Part shown: in pieces, positions 1 to 10,200 of the stretch | Numbering within the stretch: position 1 is the stretch's first letter | Layout of the letters: each line of letters starts with the position of its first letter | Origin: a virus | Taxonomy: Duplodnaviria; Caudoviricetes | DNA length: 54,284 nt | Virus record (IMG/VR): IMGVR_UViG_3300027963_000004 | Location: 1-54,284 of that record | Reading direction: 5' to 3' (one strand) | Made by a program: the position numbers and the translations under genes | The notes under the pieces: model-generated | The model's input: only the letters and a program-made list of their open reading frames with translations | Database searches by the model: none | Told to the model about the DNA's origin: nothing

Positions 1-127
1 GCCGTCAATGTAGCGGCAACAGTCATGGTGCCAGCATCTTCAGCCAAAGTATTGTCCCAGCCCGCACGGGTGACGTAGCCCCTATCAGTGATACGCAATG
101 GCGCACCCAAGATGTCGGTTGTACCTA
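1..127. repeat. Terminal direct repeat (copy 1), identical to 54158-54284; circular-assembly overlap
   Basis: First 127 nt match the last 127 nt exactly; 127 is a common assembler k-mer; an ORF reads through the junction. Confidence 0.95.
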
Positions 128-827
128 CCGCAACAGTTACCACGCTTGCGCCAGAAGAAGTAACACTGGCAATTTGGTAGAAGGCTTTCTTACCACTGAC
201 AGTAGTAGACGCCACCGTTCCTGTTGCAATCACTTCGCTCATGGCTTGACCGTAGTAGTCGTAGCCAGAGACAGTGATGTTGACGGAAGTTGGAGTACCA
301 GCGCCTGTGGTTGTGGAAACCGCACGAGGGCAGTCAAGTTGCAAGCCTGTACCACCGCCTGTAATCGTGGCAGATGTAACACCAGCACCTGCGGCAAGCG
401 TGAGCGTGGTAGCAGTTGTGATGACGGCGGCAACAATATTAGTGGTTAGTTTTGCTTGTGGTACAACGTCCCAAATATAAACACGACCTAATGGGCCTAC
501 ACCTACGCTCATTGGGGATGGGTTTTGCAACAAAGCATTACCAGAACCGATGATTGTGGCGCTTGCCACAGTTTGTGAAGCGCTTACGGTGTAAGTTCCT
601 GTACCGCCAGAACCCGTACCAAAAGCGGTAATGTAAGTTCCATTGGTAAGTGACGTTGAACTGTCAAGAAACATACCCACAGCAATTGGGTCACCAGAAA
701 GCATGGCGGTGACGGTCAACGTGGTTGTAGCAATTGAACCAGTAAAAGTTGAAACAGTAGGGTAAGCATCCGACCCTTGAACTGTAATGGCGGAACCTAG
801 AAATAGGTCATCTGAAAATTGTGGCAT
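1..827 (-). CDS. Virion structural protein, 5' part; continues across the circular junction to 54007 (about 325 aa total)
   Basis: AGGAG then ATG at 827 ([16 protein letters not shown]...); in frame with ORF 54007-54267; T/G/S-rich; directly follows the capsid gene. Missed by the ORF track because of the window edge. Confidence 0.75.
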   Translation of the reverse strand, partial: MPQFSDDLFLGSAITVQGSDAYPTVSTFTGSIATTTLTVTAMLSGDPIAVGMFLDSSTSLTNGTYITAFGTGSGGTGTYTVSASQTVASATIIGSGNALLQNPSPMSVGVGPLGRVYIWDVVPQAKLTTNIVAAVITTATTLTLAAGAGVTSATITGGGTGLQLDCPRAVSTTTGAGTPTSVNITVSGYDYYGQAMSEVIATGTVASTTVSGKKAFYQIASVTSSGASVVTVAVGTTDILGAPLRITDRGYVTRAGWDNTLAEDAGTMTVAATLT

Positions 828-866
828 TTTGTCTGCTCCTTGAAAAGTTTGACAAATACAAATTAC

Positions 867-898
867 AAAAAAAGGGGCAGGGTTTTATTCCCGCCCCT
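867..898 (-). terminator. Intrinsic terminator/attenuator after major capsid gene
   Basis: Minus strand AGGGGCGGG-loop-CCTGCCCCT followed by a T-run. Confidence 0.75.
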
Positions 899-905
899 GC
901 TTACT

Positions 906-1820
906 TTAAACGCCGGGTGTGCCGTACATAGCACGCCAGTCGGTAAAGCCTACTTGATAACGCTCTGTAGCCTTGTAGCGCATAGAGTCGGTCTCAAAAT
1001 CGCCTTCCATCGTTTTTTCGAGTTTACGACGCATTAGCAACTTCATGCCTTCTGGAGCATCAGTCTGCACCCACCAAGCGGTAGATGAAGTCAAACGCGA
1101 TAGAACAGCAGCACCTTCGTCAAGCAAACCAATTGACTTGATTGGGTTGACGTCGTTGTTGCCTGTACCAGAACGTAAGACTGACTTGAGTAGAACCTCG
1201 GCTTGGAACACGTTGCCCGGTGCTACCACCAGTTGACGTGGAACTAGACGAATCTTCTTACCATTGTTATCCACAGCCTGACGGATTTGGATTAACATCT
1301 GCTCAAGAGAAGTCTGAGACAAGTTAGCAGCAGTAGTTAGCAAATTGCTTACAGTACCATTAACGATTGGGTGGGATGTGCTATTTAAAGCAACACCATC
1401 ACCACCGGGGTATGCGCTATTAAAAGCGCGGTTCAGCACGTTTGCCGACAAAGTCTCTTTAGTCTCAATAAGAGACTGAGCCAAGTGACGAGCATAAACT
1501 TGACCGATACGGATATGGTCACCATCCTCAACCAACACTTTGGTCAATGCAAAGGCCAAGCCAAAGACATTGTATACATAGCGTTGTAAGAACAGAACAC
1601 CACCTTGTTGATACGACACAGGAGTGCCGTCTGGCAACTGAGGTGCTGCACCAAATCCATAAAGGACAGGCTCTTCGTGGTAGTTACGTGGAATACCTTC
1701 TTGCTCACGGAAAACTCGTGACCATTCATCGGTACGTTGATCATAGACTCCGTCGAAACATTCGTTAAGGATTGGCTCAACGATACTTCTAAAGTCCGTA
1801 CTGCGCATTGGAGCGGCCAT
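906..1820 (-). CDS. Major capsid protein (HK97-fold, Mu gpT-like family)
   Basis: 304 aa; motifs EEPVLYGFG, LAFALTKVLVED, GGDGVAL, LSQTSLE, PRQLVV, GDFETDSMRYKATERY; downstream of scaffold. Confidence 0.9.
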   Translation of the reverse strand: MAAPMRSTDFRSIVEPILNECFDGVYDQRTDEWSRVFREQEGIPRNYHEEPVLYGFGAAPQLPDGTPVSYQQGGVLFLQRYVYNVFGLAFALTKVLVEDGDHIRIGQVYARHLAQSLIETKETLSANVLNRAFNSAYPGGDGVALNSTSHPIVNGTVSNLLTTAANLSQTSLEQMLIQIRQAVDNNGKKIRLVPRQLVVAPGNVFQAEVLLKSVLRSGTGNNDVNPIKSIGLLDEGAAVLSRLTSSTAWWVQTDAPEGMKLLMRRKLEKTMEGDFETDSMRYKATERYQVGFTDWRAMYGTPGV

Positions 1821-1834
1821 GGTTTAGTCCCCCC

Positions 1835-2407
1835 TTAGATGGCGTTAATTGTTGCGACGAACTGACTGCGAGAGACTTGTACTTGCACAACAGTGTAAGC
1901 ATCGCCCCAAGCGTTATCAACGCCGTTATAAAGACCAATGATACGCATATCACCGACCGCGCTTGTGCCTGCAAGACTAGTGGAAATCGTGCATTGTGAC
2001 AAACCTGTGGTTGTAGAACCAGCAGTAATGTTTGTAAAGTTTGCTTGATCACCAACAGAAGTTTGGGCAAGACTACCATCAGCCTGAATATCGTAAACAA
2101 TATTAGGATCAGAGTAGTAATAAGTTACTTCAGAACCAGTTTGATAAGTTGTGTTAGCAACCCATTGATTACTGATTTGACGACGACCAGTAGTGTCAGT
2201 CCACTCGTGACCGGCAAAAGCACCTTGATAGGCACTTCCTGCAGTCGCGGCAATAATGTTTCCACTCGTGTTAAGGGCGACAGGTTGACCTTTTAAAATG
2301 CCAGAACTGTAACCAGATGCAATACCGTTAGCAAGTGCCACTGCACGATCCAATCCAGAAGGATGGTATGAGGGGCGCAAGCCGAACGGAGCGTTTGTTG
2401 AAGACAT
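1835..2407 (-). CDS. Capsid decoration/cement-like protein
   Basis: 190 aa, N-terminal NAPFGLRP and DPNIVYDIQAD, beta-rich, immediately upstream of capsid gene. Confidence 0.6.
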   Translation of the reverse strand: MSSTNAPFGLRPSYHPSGLDRAVALANGIASGYSSGILKGQPVALNTSGNIIAATAGSAYQGAFAGHEWTDTTGRRQISNQWVANTTYQTGSEVTYYYSDPNIVYDIQADGSLAQTSVGDQANFTNITAGSTTTGLSQCTISTSLAGTSAVGDMRIIGLYNGVDNAWGDAYTVVQVQVSRSQFVATINAI

Positions 2408-2438
2408 AGTCTTACTCCTTGTTCAAAATTTAAACACC

Positions 2439-2984
2439 CTACCCAGCAAAATGCGGAGCAGGCATCTGTTTGTCAATTTCACCCAATCCTTCGCCTTCAA
2501 CTTGAGCGAGATTTCTCCCGTTCCTGTCACGCGCTCCAGATGCTTGCTCTGCTTGAAGACGAATCTTATTCGCTTCCTCAAGAGGTGCCTCATGGTGGAA
2601 ATGCGACATCACTTCTTGGTACAATTCCATAGGAATCTTGTAAAGTAACATCTCATTACACGCGACATAACCATTATGTTCTCCAGCCTTTACGCGATAA
2701 TTTTCAAACTCAGGCAACTCATCCGCTTTCACGGGAATGTAGCCAAGCCGAATTCGCTTGTCGATACTGTCATAACTATTGGTTGTTGATAACCAGCAAA
2801 GGTGATAACCCCTTAATTCAGGGATATTGGGCAATGCGCTTTGTGTCCACTCGTCTTTCCACATCTTGCGACGCTCTTCAGCCGATATGAACTTATCCTC
2901 AGGTGCCTCTCGAACCGTGTCAAGACTCGCGCGATTTTCGCGTCCACCAGCAGATAGATTTCTTTTTAAACGTGAATCAACCAT
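2439..2984 (-). CDS. Conserved head-module hypothetical protein
   Basis: AGGAG before MVDSRLK at 2984; motifs GYHLCWLS, RLGYIPV, EMLLYKIP; between scaffold and decoration genes. Confidence 0.65.
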   Translation of the reverse strand: MVDSRLKRNLSAGGRENRASLDTVREAPEDKFISAEERRKMWKDEWTQSALPNIPELRGYHLCWLSTTNSYDSIDKRIRLGYIPVKADELPEFENYRVKAGEHNGYVACNEMLLYKIPMELYQEVMSHFHHEAPLEEANKIRLQAEQASGARDRNGRNLAQVEGEGLGEIDKQMPAPHFAG

Positions 2985-2988
2985 TTTC

Positions 2989-3981
2989 TTAACTCCTATA
3001 TCCATTGTTTTGTCGGGCTTCTAAGGCATAGCGTCGAATCATCTTCGCTCTCTTATCGGCATCATCCCACATACCAGCATCTTTCATCGCCCTAACCTGA
3101 TCAGGTGAAAGGGTGAAGGTGTTACCTCCTCGAGTAGTTGATACTGATTCACGGCCTGAACTTGTCACAACATTCCTTGGTCTAGAGTTCCGAATCGGTT
3201 TTTCATCGGTATTCATAGTATAACGGTGTGGCAAATACTTTTGCAAGCGATTATCTAATTCTTCCCAATAATCTGACGCTTTAGGATTCCATCCCTCTTC
3301 AGCCATCGCTTGGTCAATAGTTAGAGCAACTCTTGAATCAGCGTCTTTTCCGCTAGGGTCATACCATGGGTTATTCTCCATCCATGCCCCTGCATACTTC
3401 TTCAATTGTGGGTCTGGGGCCTGGATTGTCTGCTGGCGCTGTGGGGCAACCGAGCGTTTCTTTAAAGCCTCAAGAGCCTCAGACTGCCTCCGAGCCTCAA
3501 ACCACATTTCTTGAGCGGATGTAAGCAATTCACCATTACCAGTAGCCGTAGCCTCTTGAATCTTCTGCTTGGCAAACAAAATTCGTGAATTTTGGTCTTC
3601 AATTGCTTTATTTAGGCGTGCAATGTCTGATCCATGGCTCTTTTTCTCTAAAACAGACAGTCTTTCCAACAATTCTTGGTTTTGACGGGTCAAATGGTCT
3701 AGTTTTAGGTCTTTTTCAGAGGCAACTTGCTTGTGATACTCCTTACGAGCGCGTCGTTTGCTCCTTTTTTGCTCTCGCATAGCCTCTGCATCAGGGTCAA
3801 TAGCCCCACCAACAGCCATTTCTGTCTGTCTAGCACGCTCATCAGCCTCATCAGAGTCCTCATCATGGGCTGCATCAGGGGATGGGATACTTTCTGGCAA
3901 ATCTATTGTTGCAGAACCATCTTTTTCCTCTTGAATGACAATAACTTCTTGATTTTCCACAACATTTTGGTCTGTACTCAT
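2989..3981 (-). CDS. Capsid scaffolding protein
   Basis: 330 aa, acidic N-terminus, long coiled coil, W..NPWY motif, C-terminal LSPDQVRAMK; position between portal and capsid. Confidence 0.7.
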   Translation of the reverse strand: MSTDQNVVENQEVIVIQEEKDGSATIDLPESIPSPDAAHDEDSDEADERARQTEMAVGGAIDPDAEAMREQKRSKRRARKEYHKQVASEKDLKLDHLTRQNQELLERLSVLEKKSHGSDIARLNKAIEDQNSRILFAKQKIQEATATGNGELLTSAQEMWFEARRQSEALEALKKRSVAPQRQQTIQAPDPQLKKYAGAWMENNPWYDPSGKDADSRVALTIDQAMAEEGWNPKASDYWEELDNRLQKYLPHRYTMNTDEKPIRNSRPRNVVTSSGRESVSTTRGGNTFTLSPDQVRAMKDAGMWDDADKRAKMIRRYALEARQNNGYRS

Positions 3982-4400
3982 ACAAATGCCCTCACCTCAA
4001 GTGGATTTCCAGTAACTTTAGCGATAACTTCGTGGTCATTCATAATCATAAATTCCACTTGTTCATCTTCCTTGTGCCGAACAGTCCAGCGGTCGCCAGT
4101 CCATTTAGGTACACGGAGGAAATCACCAACGTCACACCAACTGCCCTCAACCCATGGCTCCATTGAGTCGCGTTTCTTGAACGCCAATGGGCCTATAGCC
4201 ACTACCTTACCAATTGGGTTTTGCGCCCTTTCGGTATCTCGTGTTTCTTCAGGCAGAATAATCCCGGATTCAGTCATTTTTTTCTTGGCTAATCGCATTT
4301 GTACAAGCACACGAGCGCCTAATGGAATCGCACCGGGGTCTACAAGCGGAAAAGCCTCCGCTATCTCAGCGGCATTACCCGCTACCGTGCTATCTTTCAT
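3978..4400 (-). CDS. GroES-like co-chaperonin
   Basis: PLGARVLV, TESGIILP, GKVVAIGP, VGDFL, IMNDHEVIAKV match the Cpn10 pattern. Confidence 0.85.
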   Translation of the reverse strand: MKDSTVAGNAAEIAEAFPLVDPGAIPLGARVLVQMRLAKKKMTESGIILPEETRDTERAQNPIGKVVAIGPLAFKKRDSMEPWVEGSWCDVGDFLRVPKWTGDRWTVRHKEDEQVEFMIMNDHEVIAKVTGNPLEVRAFV

Positions 4401-4575
4401 CGTTATCTTCCTTTAAAAGATTGTTAATAATTTCAAGAGTTGCATCCAACCCCTGATACTGTCCGACAAGGCGTTGATAAGTCTCAAAGTTGGGCAAGTT
4501 TCCTTGCGCCAACGATTCCTTTATCCTTGCCTGTTCCGCTTTTACAGCAGAAATAATGTCGGATACTGACTTCAT
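4390..4575 (-). CDS. Small conserved head-module protein
   Basis: 61 aa, YQRLVGQYQGL helix; overlaps neighbours. Confidence 0.65.
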   Translation of the reverse strand: MKSVSDIISAVKAEQARIKESLAQGNLPNFETYQRLVGQYQGLDATLEIINNLLKEDNDER

Positions 4576-4757
4576 GCGTTAGATTTCTCCACGCCTTTCT
4601 TGCTACTAAAGTCGCCATGGTCGCTGTTAGCCTCTGGCATTGTCGCTTTTGATTGCTCTTTTATTTCACATCCAGTAATCCATGCGCCAGCCGCCATGCG
4701 GGTTTTTTGACGCACTTGCTCAGATTGCAGTTCTTTAACTTCTTTATCCATCATCAT
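4572..4757 (-). CDS. Hypothetical protein
   Basis: 61 aa; start overlaps portal stop, stop overlaps next start. Confidence 0.55.
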   Translation of the reverse strand: MMMDKEVKELQSEQVRQKTRMAAGAWITGCEIKEQSKATMPEANSDHGDFSSKKGVEKSNA

Positions 4758-7261
4758 TCTCCTAAGTTACTTTGGGTGGTTTGGTTCAATTTAATTGCAG
4801 TTTCTTCCTGCTCCTTACGCAGTCTGACACCATCTACAGTCAGTTCCGCAGTTTTCATACGCTCAGTTGTGAGGTTATCTTCAGCATTCATGGCTATACG
4901 AGCCTGTAAATCCTTGTCCTCACGAGCAGCCTTGGCTTGCATCTCAGCCTGTTTAAGTTGGTTAGATGCTTGGTCTTGAGCCGCTCTGCGTTGAGTCTCA
5001 GCCATAGATGCCTGTAGAACTGCCTGTGCCTCACCATCCATTGGAGGTGCGGGTGGTTTGAACTGTTGCATAAACTGACCGAGTTGTTGCAGAGCAGGCA
5101 TGACCCCAGAAAATACCTCTTGGGAATCCATCTTTACATGGTCTGAGGCTATAGCAATTGCCCTATCAATCTCTTTGACCAACTTGTTGTTATCATAATT
5201 GTCAATCCTAACCCCTGTGTCACCACCAGCATAAGTCTGCATTTGGTTGGTATACCAGAGCATCATGTGTTGTTTAATATGCTCTAAAGCCTGTGGAATG
5301 TATTTAGGGGCAACTAAATTGTTCATGCCTAGGTTAGGGTCTAGGGCAAATGATAAGTGAGCCTGTATGTGTGCCAAGTGGTCTTGGCGAGGATATGCAA
5401 AGGCTGGTCTGCCCAAAGCCATGGCTGAATTCTCTTGAGCAGCATTCATCTCCGCGGGTTTAGAGGCATTTGGTATCAACTCATTAGAGTTAGGTATCTT
5501 TAACTGTTTAAGCATCCGAGCCACTACCGCCCTTTGGTCAAAAATAGCGGGGAATTGTGTAGATAACTGCAATACCGCTTGCATCTGGGCCACTCTTTGC
5601 GTTTCCGAAAAGATATGGGGGTCAGAAACAGGGATGATGTCACTATTGCGTTTGAAGTCTTCCCGCTTGATTGGTAGTTCAGCCACCACATCACCACGCT
5701 TTTGCTCATCCAAATACCATCGATTCAGACGACCAATTATCCCAAGCACACGGCGTTGGGACTCATGCAAGCGTGCATGGATAGATGAGAATACTGCCGC
5801 TCCTTGCTCTATTAGAGCCTGAGTTGTGCCTACTGGGGTGTTCTGACCTACATCAGCAATCTTTTCTTCTGCTGTGGTTACTACCCCTTTGGCGGCATTA
5901 GTTAACCATCCCAAGAGTTCAAACAGAACTTGACTTGGGGGGTTAAATGGCATTGGCATAGCAATCTTACGGATGTCATCTACACCCGGCGCGCTCTCAA
6001 CTTCAGTAACCTGCGTGACCTCAATTTGTTGACTTGCACCTGAAATTCGCGCGCCTTTAAGTTTGAGCATCGTCGCTGAATTGTTAATGTGTGCCGTATC
6101 GAGCAAGGCACGAAGAGCGCCCGTAAGCGCAGCAGAAAGACCTCCAATGAGTTGCGGAAGACCGATAGCATATGCACCCCTCCATGGGATAAATTTGAAT
6201 TCAATGAGCCAATCTAACTTTGTTAAGGTAATGTCACCCTCTTCCCAGTTACGATATAACCCCAAGACTTTTTGCTCTAACTCATCAATCATTAAGATGT
6301 AAGGAGCGGATTCACCATCTGTACGGGTGTCATCATCTAGGTTTAACCATGTGTAGATGTGGTAGACCTTACGCATTCCATCTTCATTGTCCTGATATTT
6401 CTTGCCCTCAATCTTCTCATTGGCTTTCTCAGAATGAGTCTGCTCTGGCTCAGAGTGGGCGCGGACAAAATTAGTATCTCGGTATAAACCCCTTTGAACG
6501 CGTTGATCCAACTCCCAAGCAGAGATGGTTTGCACCTCAGTAACCCTTTGAGCAGTATAAAAATTTACCGCTGAATAGGGGAGCAAGATGTTGTCAATGG
6601 GGACGAACTCAGAGCAAGGTCTGCGCTTTGTTTCGTCATACCAGATTTTCATAAACTGAGAGCCACCCAACGGCAACTGGGTCAACAATTGCTCTTGCTC
6701 ATCCCTAAACTCTTCAATCTGCTCAGTCAACTGCCAGTTTATGTAGTCGCGTTTACGCTCTGCGACCTCAGTCTTCTCATCAGTTACTTCGCCAATAATC
6801 TTTGTGCGGGTTGGGCCATCTGGTGGGAATAGTTCCCTAATGGCTCTTGAGGCAAAGTCTACACAAGCCTCTGCCATTACAGGGTGAACTACTTTGGATG
6901 CACCAAAGAACATAGCCCCTCCGGGCGCGTCATCACCCATGCCAGTGCGTTTTAAGCCCTCTTCTTGTTGCTTGTCCCGCTTTTCACGGGACTCTTTGTC
7001 ATTCTCAATGAGGTCAATGTAGCGGTTGGCAATCTTCTCAATGTCATAGAGGTTTAGAGTCTCAGCCAAGTTGGCATAGAAATCTTCATCTTCATTGGGG
7101 CCTTTAAAGCCCTCCATTTGGACTACGGCAGAACCATCAGGCAATTCTTCTACTTCTGAATCCTCTAAGTCAATATCAATGTCAATCCCCTCTTCTGGGA
7201 TTTCTTTGATTCCATCAAGGAATCGGTTGAATTCTGGGTCTATCGGCATTTCAGTAGCCAT
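4754..7261 (-). CDS. Portal protein
   Basis: 835 aa; GASKVVHPVMAEACVDF, ELFPPDGP, LPLGGSQFMKIWYD, PVGTTQALIEQG, PVSDP; C-terminal coiled coil. Confidence 0.85.
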   Translation of the reverse strand: MATEMPIDPEFNRFLDGIKEIPEEGIDIDIDLEDSEVEELPDGSAVVQMEGFKGPNEDEDFYANLAETLNLYDIEKIANRYIDLIENDKESREKRDKQQEEGLKRTGMGDDAPGGAMFFGASKVVHPVMAEACVDFASRAIRELFPPDGPTRTKIIGEVTDEKTEVAERKRDYINWQLTEQIEEFRDEQEQLLTQLPLGGSQFMKIWYDETKRRPCSEFVPIDNILLPYSAVNFYTAQRVTEVQTISAWELDQRVQRGLYRDTNFVRAHSEPEQTHSEKANEKIEGKKYQDNEDGMRKVYHIYTWLNLDDDTRTDGESAPYILMIDELEQKVLGLYRNWEEGDITLTKLDWLIEFKFIPWRGAYAIGLPQLIGGLSAALTGALRALLDTAHINNSATMLKLKGARISGASQQIEVTQVTEVESAPGVDDIRKIAMPMPFNPPSQVLFELLGWLTNAAKGVVTTAEEKIADVGQNTPVGTTQALIEQGAAVFSSIHARLHESQRRVLGIIGRLNRWYLDEQKRGDVVAELPIKREDFKRNSDIIPVSDPHIFSETQRVAQMQAVLQLSTQFPAIFDQRAVVARMLKQLKIPNSNELIPNASKPAEMNAAQENSAMALGRPAFAYPRQDHLAHIQAHLSFALDPNLGMNNLVAPKYIPQALEHIKQHMMLWYTNQMQTYAGGDTGVRIDNYDNNKLVKEIDRAIAIASDHVKMDSQEVFSGVMPALQQLGQFMQQFKPPAPPMDGEAQAVLQASMAETQRRAAQDQASNQLKQAEMQAKAAREDKDLQARIAMNAEDNLTTERMKTAELTVDGVRLRKEQEETAIKLNQTTQSNLGE

Positions 7262-7263
7262 AT

Positions 7264-10200
7264 CTATTTCCTTTTAATCCAAGTGTCTGGTGTCATGTGG
7301 TGCTTTGTAACAAATTCATCATGCAATTTTTTTGATGCAGTTTTATGTTTTTTTGATATCTCAGTCATAAGTTTGTCAATAGACTTGTAGTCGGTTTTTA
7401 GCAATTTAGGTAATTTAGACTCTAGGCTTTGCACCGCACCACCTATGGCTTTATTGATGTCTGGGTCATTGATGTCATATGTTCCACGATTGCCTATGGC
7501 TGACTTAACTTGTGATGGGTCATATAACCCAATGTTTTTTATACCTTCTTCATTAACATAAAAACTATCATGCCCTAATTTTTTTATGGCATCTTGAACA
7601 ACTGGATTCTCAATTAATCCCCAATTACCTGTTTGATTTCCAAATCTTGCCATTTTTAAATAATAATCAAATTCGTTTTTTATTTTTTCAGCCTCATCAG
7701 GGTCTGATTTAGAAATTTGTTGTATTACTTTTTCAATTTGATTGATGTCATCATAATCAAATGGATTAGTTGCATTAATATGTAATGGATATAAAGTCTG
7801 ATTCTTCTCAGCCGCAATTGTGGGACTCTTACTTCCAACAGGAAAACTTTCAGCAAAGTCCAAATTTGGCGAAACAAAGATTGGGTCGCCTTCTTTTTGA
7901 AAATGTGGTGTTGCACCACGGTACATTTTTTCTTTAACTTTACTTTTCTCTAAAAACTTTTGAAGGTTAGCCTCACGTTCTGCTTGGGGCAATACCTTTT
8001 GCAGCCCTTTCATGCTTTTAGCAGCACCCTTGAGCAATCCTCCCACGCCCATCTTTAGGCTAAATTTAGGGGCAGATATTGCCCCACCTTTTTTCTCCTC
8101 AAGGGGAGGGAAGATTGAGCCACTATAAGCACCCGGCTCAGTAGTGCCTTGCATTGCACCACGGATCATGTTGGCTTGCTTTTGCAAATCACCGGGAAAT
8201 TCCAACTCAGCCAACTCTCTGATGGTCATCAAGTCATTGCGGCCAAGGGTGTTCTTAGACTCAGGGTCTGGCTTGAGTCGGTACTTGGAATACTCATTGA
8301 GCAATTCTTCATTGACTTGTTTGTGATAAGCATCAATATCTGCTTGAGTCACATAGCGGGTGTCAGGATTGGTTCTGCTATAACGCTTGGCATCCGCATA
8401 GTTGGGGAATGCTTGATCAAGAGTCTTCAAGCCTGTATTTCTCAAGTCACCAATCTCATCCCACTCACTAGACCTTACAAAGTCTTGCACATAGGGCAAA
8501 TACTCAGGATTTGGGGAGCGGTTTTGTTTACCCTTAATTTGATGGATGGTAGGTTTTGAGCGCTCTGCAGGTATATATGGTATGCCAGCATCATCCAAAA
8601 TTTTACTGATTGATTTAACATAAGCAGCAGGACTATCAGATAGTTCATTGAAAGAACTTACCATCTGACCTACAGTATCATGCAAAGATTCTTCATCAGA
8701 TTTATTAGTCAATGGCATATCACTATCAAATAATTTTTTGTTTTTTTGATACCATGCTGGCGCATCATAGCCAGAGCCAACCTCAATAGTAGTATGTGGC
8801 TTACCCTCAGGGTCTACTAAAGAATAAACCTTGGCATCACCCCTTTTAATAGCCTCATAACCACCTAAACCATAATCAGGGCTACCAGCATTACCTGACT
8901 CAAATGACCATTCAGGATGTCCTTTTGGCGGCTCATATCCTCGAACAGAATGACCCATGGCATCTGACTCAGCCGTAAACTGACCGGGCTTATCTAACTG
9001 AACCCATTTATAACCCTCCGGGTATTCTTTAAAAACAGTTAATCCTTCAGCCCTTTTTGCTTTAGCCTCTTCTGCTTTTTTAGCAAGTTCTTGGTTGTAT
9101 TGATGGGTGCGCTCAACCGCTTGTTTCATTGACACTTTGTTAAGTTGGTCTGGACGGATGCGGCCAGTCGCCAAGTCTTCTTTCAAAACATCAAGAATAT
9201 GGTCAAAGCCAAGAGAAGAGCCATAATCTTCATAAGAACCATGAGGAGGAATGCCATAAATTGGAGTGTCACCCGGTGCATTAGCCATCCAAGGATTGTC
9301 TTTTAGTCTCTTCTCAGTCTTGTAATCTTTGAGCAACTTTGAATTTCCACCAATTAAATCATCAGTTGCAGTTTCCCAAAATGTACCCATTCTAGTTGTA
9401 GACATTTGGTTTTCTGGCATTCCAAACTTTGCGCGGGCTTTCCTTGCATCTGCCGCTTGTTGATAACTCCAATTGAGGGCATCACGCATTGCACCCTCAC
9501 CAGCAAACTGGGAAATGCCTTGGTCAGCCAAGAGTCGGACAGGGTCTTTTTCAGTCCCCATTTGTTTCTTGACATAGTTGGTTAGGTTAGAGTCAACCCA
9601 TGTATCGATGGCATAGGTGTTCTCTGCTTGCTTACGCAAATTGGCATAAGCCTGCTCAGTCTCAGGATTCCATTGACCCGCCTCTTTCATGCGCTCAATT
9701 ACAGTATCCATCTTGTTGATAGTGTCTTCATAAACTTTTTTGGGATTACCACGAACGCTTGCCATATGGCGAGGGGAGTTGCTATCTTTTAAGTTCTGCC
9801 CAAAATTAGTAATAGATTTATCTTTCCAATTACCACCCTCTGGCTTGATGATGTTCATCACAGGAGGGTTAGTCAGAGACTTAGGAATGCCGGGTACAAG
9901 GGGTTGACCCATGGCAATCTTCTGCCCTGCGGTCTCACCGAGTTCTTTGCCCACAGTCTTTATTCCCTTGGCTACAGTTGACCCAGCCTTGGGCGCGACT
10001 ATCTGGGAGACGCCATACATACCCAACTTAGAGGCTACATCCTCAGAGTGTTGAGCCTCCTTGCCCGCTCCCAAATCCTTGAGGGATGGTATCTTCTTTA
10101 GCACGCGCTCAGAAGTTGGCAGAGCCGCCTCTTCTTCTACTAAGTTAGGCTTACCTGCAAGTTCACCTGCATAATTAATGCCCATGCGACCCAATTCCTC

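Noticed and set aside
3727-4416. 229-aa plus-strand ORF
   Set aside because: Antisense to the well-supported scaffold and GroES genes; no motif
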